Source: Candidatus Odinarchaeia archaeon (GTDB lineage: Archaea > Asgardarchaeota > Odinarchaeia > Odinarchaeales > Odinarchaeaceae). From it: a stretch of DNA of 10,150 nt. Where the stretch lies: NCBI GenBank assembly GCA_029856525.1, contig JAHQXC010000049.1, positions 1 to 10,150 of the forward strand, written 5' to 3'. How positions within the stretch are numbered: the first letter of the stretch is position 1; each line of letters opens with the position of its first letter. A model generated the notes under the pieces. The model ran no database searches. It was given only the letters and a program-made list of their open reading frames with translations, and was not told the DNA's origin. The translations under genes and the position numbers were made by a program. Of the stretch, positions 1 through 5,063 are shown in pieces.

Positions 1-329
1 TAACTTATAAGAATATTATCGTAATCAGCCTTTAAAACACGTGTTATACTATTATTTTTCTCTAGTAGAATCTTCAAGTTTCCGTTAACTGTTGTTTTTT
101 TAATGAACTCATATAACGGTTCAGTGTCGCATATTAATGTAGAATAGTTATTAGAGGATAACTCTGATATAATCTCCTCAGCTTCGATTATTTTTCTACC
201 GTTTTCTAAATCTAATATTTTATTAGCGATATTGCGGGGGTTTAAATCAAATTTTTTAAAGGCGACTAATATATTAGACTCGTTGAAGGCCATGAAGCCT
301 ATAGGTGTTAAAACTAAATATGCCTTCAA
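1..329 (-). CDS. nop5: Nop5 (Nop56/58) C/D-box sRNP scaffold subunit, N-terminal part; runs off the left edge
   Basis: Missing from the ORF track; translated by hand on the minus strand. The frame is open from TTG at 329 to the edge: MKAYLVLTPIGFMAFNESNILVAFKKFDLNPRNIANKILDLENGRKIIEAEEIISELSSNNYSTLICDTEPLYEFIKKTTVNGNLKILLEKNNSITRVLKADYDNILIS. This resembles the archaeal Nop5 N-terminal domain pattern (MKAY/F-x5-G-x2-AFdE-g-l-v, then a helical segment with L-e-G). An SD-like AAGGTGA (345-339) lies 9 nt upstream of the TTG. An alternative in-frame TTG is at 338. The conserved Nop domain is outside the window. Confidence 0.75.
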   Translation of the reverse strand, partial: MKAYLVLTPIGFMAFNESNILVAFKKFDLNPRNIANKILDLENGRKIIEAEEIISELSSNNYSTLICDTEPLYEFIKKTTVNGNLKILLEKNNSITRVLKADYDNILIS

Positions 330-431
330 TTTTCTCAATCACCTTAGTATTATTAAAATAGATTTACATTAAAATGCTTTAATTAAACTTTAATTTAAAG
401 GATTCTACTATTACAAGAATAAACGAATAGT

Positions 432-1316
432 TTAACGCGGATTTCTTAGCTCAGCTATTTTTTTAACGAATTCATTAAATTTTCCATGGTTTTCAGTTAT
501 AGGATTACTGAAGATAACCTGTTTCACCCCTATTTTTTCTAATTCGAAAACTCGATTTTCAAAATCTTCCATTGAACCGGCTAAACCGAAGTTCTCTTCT
601 AGAAACCCTCTCATATTTTTTAATTCAGTAATGTTATGGTTTAAAAAATATTTTCGAACCTGTTGAAGCTGCCTGTCTACTCCTAGTTCTAAAGCTATTT
701 TCTCAGGTAGCTCTGAGGCTATGAACGCGCATGTGATTAAAAATTTATTTAACAGTGTTTTATCCGGCAGGTAAGCGCTTGGTCCTATAGCGAGGATATT
801 ACTGTTTTTCAACCCTGTTTTATCTATTACTGTTTTAATAATTCTAGGGGATATTGAATTAATTATTACTCCGTCGAATTTGTCGCCTAATTTAATTAGG
901 GTTTTAAATCCGATGGCGCCTAAGTAGATCGGTAGATCTAATTGGAAATCAGTATACGTGTGTAAATACTCTTCTAATAATGGAATGGTTTTAAAAATAT
1001 TTTTACCGATTATTTTCAGATGCTTTTCACCACCTCTCCCTAATCCTATTATAAACCTGTCTCCGAACGCTTCTTTTAAAAGTTTAAAGGCTTGAAAAAG
1101 CTGCAGCGGCTTATGCATGTGCACGGATAATATAGAGGTGCCTATGATTATGCTTTTAGTTTTAGAAGCGACTGTTCCGAGCACAGGGTATATGTGTCTA
1201 TGCTCAGGGCCTTCACCTAACCATATAGCGTCTAGACCGGTTTTCTCTATTATTCTACTTTTTTTAATCAATGCGTGAATATCATACATTCCATCTATAT
1301 GTAATCCTATTTTCAA
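432..1316 (-). CDS. LLM (luciferase-like) family, Mer-like putative F420-dependent oxidoreductase, paralog B (divergent, 294 aa)
   Basis: TIM-barrel LLM pattern: MKIGL start, GLDAIWLGE, I-IGTSILS, GDRFIIGLGRG, LPIYLGAIG, DGVIIN, and a C-terminal G-x-E...LEKIGVKQVIF-NP matching the Mer-type GVTQ-V-GSP end. TTG start lies 1 nt after the stop of the upstream paralog (TGA-A-TTG). Confidence 0.85.
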   Translation of the reverse strand: MKIGLHIDGMYDIHALIKKSRIIEKTGLDAIWLGEGPEHRHIYPVLGTVASKTKSIIIGTSILSVHMHKPLQLFQAFKLLKEAFGDRFIIGLGRGGEKHLKIIGKNIFKTIPLLEEYLHTYTDFQLDLPIYLGAIGFKTLIKLGDKFDGVIINSISPRIIKTVIDKTGLKNSNILAIGPSAYLPDKTLLNKFLITCAFIASELPEKIALELGVDRQLQQVRKYFLNHNITELKNMRGFLEENFGLAGSMEDFENRVFELEKIGVKQVIFSNPITENHGKFNEFVKKIAELRNPR

Positions 1317-1317
1317 T

Positions 1318-2316
1318 TCACTTTCTCCATATTTTTTCAGAGCTCATGGTTTTAATTGTTTTAAGCGGATTAGAGCTGAAGGGTGGTCCTACTATGATTT
1401 CGTCGACACCCAGATTTTTTATTTCAATAAATTGCTGTTTTAGTTCTTCAACGCCTCCGAATAAACAGAATTCGCGTAGAATATCCTCTGTAATATAATC
1501 CATAGCTTGAGATTTATTCCCTTTCAAAAATTCTTTTTTAATTTGGTTTAATAGATCGGTGTCAAGTTTTAACTGAGCTAACAGGGAATCACTCATACTG
1601 TTTATTATTGTTAAAACAACGGATTTAGCTAGTTTTAAGTCTTCAACATTATTTGATAGAATGAATCCGTTCCATAATATTTTTCTAATGTCGTCTGGGT
1701 TGCGGTGAGCGTTAACCGCGGCTTTTTTAACTATTTTCAGAGATTCGCCGAGTAAACTTAGAGGAGCGCTGAATATAACTCCGTCTGCCAGCCTCCCAGC
1801 TAACTCTAGAAGCTTAGGTCCTCGCACACCTAGATAAACTGGTATATTGTATTTTGTAAATGAAAGCTTGTAGGCTACTATTTTTTCATCCCCGTATTCG
1901 AAATTAACTGTCTCCTTGTTAAATATTTTTTTTAATATAGTAATCGTGTCTTGAAGACGGGGGACGACTTTTTTAGGCTTAACTCCTGTTAACCGTTCGA
2001 CTTCAAGACTCCCTCCGACCCCTAGGCCGAGTATAAAATTATTGAAGGTTAATTCGGCTAGTGTGGCGGTTGCTGAGGCTATGGTTGAAATCGGATAAAC
2101 ATAAGGGCTTATAACCCCTAAACCTATTCTAATATTCTTAACATGGTTGGCGATTATAGAAGTATACGTGAACGCCTCGTAGCTGAGTATATCGTCACCT
2201 ATCCATACAGTCTTATAATTGTTTTTGGAAGCTGTTATAGATAGTTTTAAAGCTGTGTGAATAGGGGTGCCTGTGGTTACACCTAGGGATAAGTCGGGGA
2301 TTGTATTCTGCTTCAT
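1318..2316 (-). CDS. LLM family, Mer-like putative F420-dependent oxidoreductase, paralog A (332 aa)
   Basis: Motifs VWIGDD, IRIGLGVISPY, TIASATATLAEL, FILGLGVG, IPVYLGVRGPKLLELAGRLADGVI and LGVDEIIVGPP follow the methylene-H4MPT reductase (Mer) fold along the whole length. The His of the canonical Mer W-I-T-D-H motif is absent, so the mer symbol is not assigned. Confidence 0.88.
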   Translation of the reverse strand: MKQNTIPDLSLGVTTGTPIHTALKLSITASKNNYKTVWIGDDILSYEAFTYTSIIANHVKNIRIGLGVISPYVYPISTIASATATLAELTFNNFILGLGVGGSLEVERLTGVKPKKVVPRLQDTITILKKIFNKETVNFEYGDEKIVAYKLSFTKYNIPVYLGVRGPKLLELAGRLADGVIFSAPLSLLGESLKIVKKAAVNAHRNPDDIRKILWNGFILSNNVEDLKLAKSVVLTIINSMSDSLLAQLKLDTDLLNQIKKEFLKGNKSQAMDYITEDILREFCLFGGVEELKQQFIEIKNLGVDEIIVGPPFSSNPLKTIKTMSSEKIWRK

Positions 2317-2323
2317 TGAGATA

Positions 2324-3103
2324 TTAATTATTAACTTGCGGTTGATAAAATTTTTCGGTTAAAGTTTTCTGGACGACCCCTGTTTTACTGAGGGCGGCGA
2401 TAATAAACGCGGCGAATAAAGCTTGAGCGGCGCGGATTAGAATATATATGTACGGGTAGAGTAAAAAGTAGAATCTCACGGTTTCAACAGACATACCGAA
2501 TATTCCATTATAAATCAGCGGGTATGAAAATATAACTGTGCCTAGGAGATTATCTAAAATATTTCCCACAAGAGCGATGAGAAAGATTATAAGAAAACTG
2601 TATTTAACTGGTCTAGTGGTCTGAGATTGTCTAATTTTTTTAAAATAATAGATTGCAGGATAAAATAATAGTAAACCTAGAATTTTATCATATAACACCG
2701 CTACTGTTTCAAGCCAGTATACAGTGGGAGGCCATAAAGGCGGGGAGATTAACTGTAGGATTATTAGAATGATATAGATGGCTGTGACTGATGTTAACGC
2801 TACTCTATGTTTCTTATAGAAGATTACTCCTGTGAAAAAAGCGTTTACAGCCGGATTGAATAAGAAGGGTAAGCCGAATAAACCTGAACCTAAAATAAAC
2901 CATGATATAGTGGAACCTAATAGTGCTGTTATAAAACCTATGAACGGTCCGAGTAGAAAACCGATTACCACTGCAAAGCCTGCTTCGAATTGGATTTCAA
3001 CTCCAGCCGCTACAGGTATACCTGGGAGTATTGAGAGCACGACGTATAATGATGCGGTTAAAGCGATTAAAACCACTTTATATGTGGAATTGTTTTCTTT
3101 CAT
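2324..3103 (-). CDS. ECF transporter substrate-binding S-component (archaeal long form); substrate unknown
   Basis: Highly hydrophobic 259-aa protein. It has an N-terminal AxxxA-like helix (IALTASLYVVLS) and the typical S-component signature VIGFLLGPFIGFITALLG. About 8 hydrophobic segments by eye. ATG at 3103; stop is 7 nt before the LLM-A start. Confidence 0.8.
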   Translation of the reverse strand: MKENNSTYKVVLIALTASLYVVLSILPGIPVAAGVEIQFEAGFAVVIGFLLGPFIGFITALLGSTISWFILGSGLFGLPFLFNPAVNAFFTGVIFYKKHRVALTSVTAIYIILIILQLISPPLWPPTVYWLETVAVLYDKILGLLLFYPAIYYFKKIRQSQTTRPVKYSFLIIFLIALVGNILDNLLGTVIFSYPLIYNGIFGMSVETVRFYFLLYPYIYILIRAAQALFAAFIIAALSKTGVVQKTLTEKFYQPQVNN

Positions 3104-3113
3104 ATGTAAAACC

Positions 3114-3151
3114 TGTGTAAATTAATACATTGCAATGTATTTTATTACACA
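3114..3151. promoter_or_regulatory. 38-bp inverted repeat, candidate transcription-factor operator
   Basis: TGTGTAA-att-AATACATTG|CAATGTATT-tta-TTACACA. It has a perfect 18-bp core (3124-3141) plus 7-bp outer arms symmetric about the same centre (3132/3133). It lies in the 99-bp intergenic region between divergent genes, one of which encodes a wHTH protein. Confidence 0.8.
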
Positions 3152-3173
3152 AGAGAGATATAAATATTTCCCG
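3151..3173. promoter_or_regulatory. Archaeal BRE/TATA promoter core, apparently usable in both directions
   Basis: Plus strand: purine-rich AAGAGAGA followed by TATAAATA (3159-3166). Minus strand: CGGGAAATA followed by TTTATATC (3164-3157). SD-like AGGTGA/AGGTGG at 3187-3198 precedes the ATG at 3203. Confidence 0.55.
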
Positions 3174-3202
3174 AAACAATAATTACAGGTGAAGGTGGAA
3201 AC

Positions 3203-3676
3203 ATGAATGAAAACGAAGTCTGGCCTTATGTGTTAATACTACCAGGATCTAAAAGCGAGCTTAAAAAAGTGTTTAACACATTATTCAAATCGAATATCCC
3301 GCTGGAAATAGTGGGATTATTCAAAGACTGTGAGAAAATCTACCAATCAGATATTATTAAAAAATTTAAAAACCATTCTAATAAGTCTATACTAAACTAT
3401 CTTAAACAGTTAGTTGACACTAAAATCTTAGAGACTGGGATAGAAAAAATTAAGAAAGAGCAGAGAAGTTTCTGGACTAAATGGTATAAACTCACCAGTA
3501 TAGGCCGCTATATATTATCAATATTCAATCCTGAAATAAACGAAGAGCAGATAAAAAACTTGATTAAAGAATTATTTTCAATATACGTGACGAAAGTAAT
3601 AAAAATAGCAGGCAATTATGGCATTAACCCATCTGAATTAAACATGCTCTTCCAAAAAGCATTAGGGGGAGCTTAA
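3203..3676 (+). CDS. Winged helix-turn-helix transcriptional regulator (ArsR/HxlR/MarR-like fold)
   Basis: 157 aa with wHTH pattern: IYQSDII...SNKSILNYLKQLVDTKILE (recognition helix and beta strand), a wing ending in KWYKLTSIGR (Y-x-LT-x-x-G), then a C-terminal helical extension. Good SD upstream. Confidence 0.85.
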   Translation: MNENEVWPYVLILPGSKSELKKVFNTLFKSNIPLEIVGLFKDCEKIYQSDIIKKFKNHSNKSILNYLKQLVDTKILETGIEKIKKEQRSFWTKWYKLTSIGRYILSIFNPEINEEQIKNLIKELFSIYVTKVIKIAGNYGINPSELNMLFQKALGGA

Positions 3677-3690
3677 GCAAGGTGTTTATT

Positions 3691-4074
3691 ATGATACTAG
3701 AAGATGAGGCTAAAAAATTCTTTCCATCTTATATAACACACCGTGATAGAGCATTATTCGAGGCGGGGGTTAAAATCGGCGCAATCTACCACCAGTTTAT
3801 AGGAACCCCTATCCCAAAAGAGGAGAGAGGCGTGAAACTATTGGAGGCAGCGATAGAGGAGAGTGTGAAAACACAGCCTTGGGTTAAAGATGTTAAAATC
3901 AATATAAAACCGAGCGGAAAAAAGAGCATATACGGTTACGATGAAATCTCTAAAATTAATTTCACTGTTTCGCTGACTATAAAATATGGTAATGCAGAAG
4001 TTGAAGCCGGCCTGGAATATAATAGAGAGCTAGAGTATCCCTTATTTTATATAAAAAAAATTCAAATATTTTAA
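3691..4074 (+). CDS. mptD: Archaeal 7,8-dihydroneopterin aldolase (MptD / MJ0408 / DUF381 family)
   Basis: Family motifs RALFEAGVKIGAIYHQFIGTP, LEAAIEESVKTQPWV and terminal LEYPLFYI. The ATG at 3691 is preferred over the track's GTG at 3682, because that GTG is part of the SD AAGGTG (3679-3684), 6 nt upstream of the ATG. Confidence 0.9.
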   Translation: MILEDEAKKFFPSYITHRDRALFEAGVKIGAIYHQFIGTPIPKEERGVKLLEAAIEESVKTQPWVKDVKINIKPSGKKSIYGYDEISKINFTVSLTIKYGNAEVEAGLEYNRELEYPLFYIKKIQIF

Positions 4075-4077
4075 AAA

Positions 4078-4902
4078 TTATTTAGGTTTTTCTAAAAGTT
4101 TTATTTTACTGAGAATTCTACCATCAGCAGCGTGAGGAGCTCTTACTAATATATCAGAGCTTTTCAACATATCTCTTAACTCATCCACTAGTTTAGCAGC
4201 CGCGGATAATATTTCATGAGCTGCAGCTGCTAGAATCGTATATTGCTCCCAGTTCTGGATTTTAAAACAGGCTTCATGATCTATTTTACCGACTAACTCC
4301 GCCATTTTAAAAGCGGCTAGCGCTCTCGCATTAGCGTAGCTGTTGTTAAAAGGCGGTTTTTCCAGTAGAAACGATGAGTCTACTATAATAGAAGGGAGAT
4401 CTATTATACCTTTCTCAAGTTTTTCAATCACTTCATCAACGATTTTAACGATTGAACTCATCACACCTGTACCAGCTAACACCTTTATTATATCAGAGTT
4501 GAAAACAGCCATTTCTGTAGGATCTAGAAACTCGCGTCTGGCGCCTATCATCGGATCAGCTGTGATAATAATGTAACCTACCTTCTTATTTTTCAGCTCT
4601 GAAGCTATTTTCAAAGAAGAAGAATCGCTTATAACAATTAAAGGTATACCTGTTTCTCTAAGAGTTTCGATAACATTAATGCATTGCGGTAAACTAGCGT
4701 TAGGAGTTATTAGAATAGTTAAATCATGCTTCCATTTAACTAAATCATTGACACTTGCCTCCAAACTTTCACCAGTCATTTTAGAACCTGAACCGAAAAC
4801 TCGGAATTCAACATTAACCCGTTCAGCTCTCTCATCGAATAAAAATTCGAATAACGGGGACATGCCGATGTTACCGATTTTTAAAACCGCTATTTTAATC
4901 AT
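4078..4902 (-). CDS. mtd: F420-dependent methylene-tetrahydromethanopterin dehydrogenase
   Basis: Diagnostic motifs KIGNIG, DERAER, FRVFGSGSKM, PN, DPMIGARREFLDPTEMAVFNSDIIKVLAGTG, AAAHE and RAPHAADG-ILSK; length 274 aa is typical. Confidence 0.96.
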   Translation of the reverse strand: MIKIAVLKIGNIGMSPLFEFLFDERAERVNVEFRVFGSGSKMTGESLEASVNDLVKWKHDLTILITPNASLPQCINVIETLRETGIPLIVISDSSSLKIASELKNKKVGYIIITADPMIGARREFLDPTEMAVFNSDIIKVLAGTGVMSSIVKIVDEVIEKLEKGIIDLPSIIVDSSFLLEKPPFNNSYANARALAAFKMAELVGKIDHEACFKIQNWEQYTILAAAAHEILSAAAKLVDELRDMLKSSDILVRAPHAADGRILSKIKLLEKPK

Positions 4903-4924
4903 AAATAAGAGTATTCTTAAACTC

Positions 4925-4932
4925 TTTTAAAA
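4925..4932 (-). promoter_or_regulatory. Putative TATA box of mtd (probably a leaderless transcript)
   Basis: TTTTAAAA sits 23-30 nt upstream of the mtd ATG (4902), and there is no SD-like sequence in between. Confidence 0.5.
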
Positions 4933-5063
4933 GCGTATTTAATTCACTTCAACGCAGATTGTTTCAAAGCCGGCATGGGAAAGTAAATAAGAATTAGAAA
5001 GCAATATTGTAATACGTTAACATTAACGTTAAAATTATACGAGTATTTAAACTGTTTTCAGAG

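Noticed and set aside
325-346. Possible K-turn or C-box-like element (GUGAUUGA...UUGA) in the nop5 leader, as expected for L7Ae autoregulation
   Set aside because: It does not match RUGAUGA/CUGA, no flanking stem is visible, and the sequence is already explained as SD plus start codon.
361-400. AT-rich dyads upstream of nop5 (TTTAATTAAA; TACATTAAAATGC resembling the operator centre)
   Set aside because: Low-complexity AT sequence with an imperfect match and no TGTA-N6-TACA box; it cannot be distinguished from background or promoter sequence.
1271-1498. 75-aa plus-strand ORF
   Set aside because: Antisense shadow of the two LLM genes, with no motif and no RBS.
1318-2316. Calling LLM-A a canonical mer because mtd is nearby
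   Set aside because: It lacks the conserved D-H motif and several Mer-specific segments (e.g. GIGPGD, GAQGP, VAFIAAG), so only family-level assignment is supported.
2832-3125. 97-aa plus-strand ORF
   Set aside because: Antisense to the ECF S-component. Its Lys/Pro/Asn/Thr-rich composition is what the reverse strand of a hydrophobic gene produces.
3661-3693. Possible readthrough or frameshift fusion of the regulator with MptD
   Set aside because: The genes are in different frames, there is no slippery sequence, and mptD has its own SD.
4343-4930. Two plus-strand ORFs (4343-4576 and 4679-4930)
   Set aside because: Both are antisense shadows of the well-supported mtd gene.
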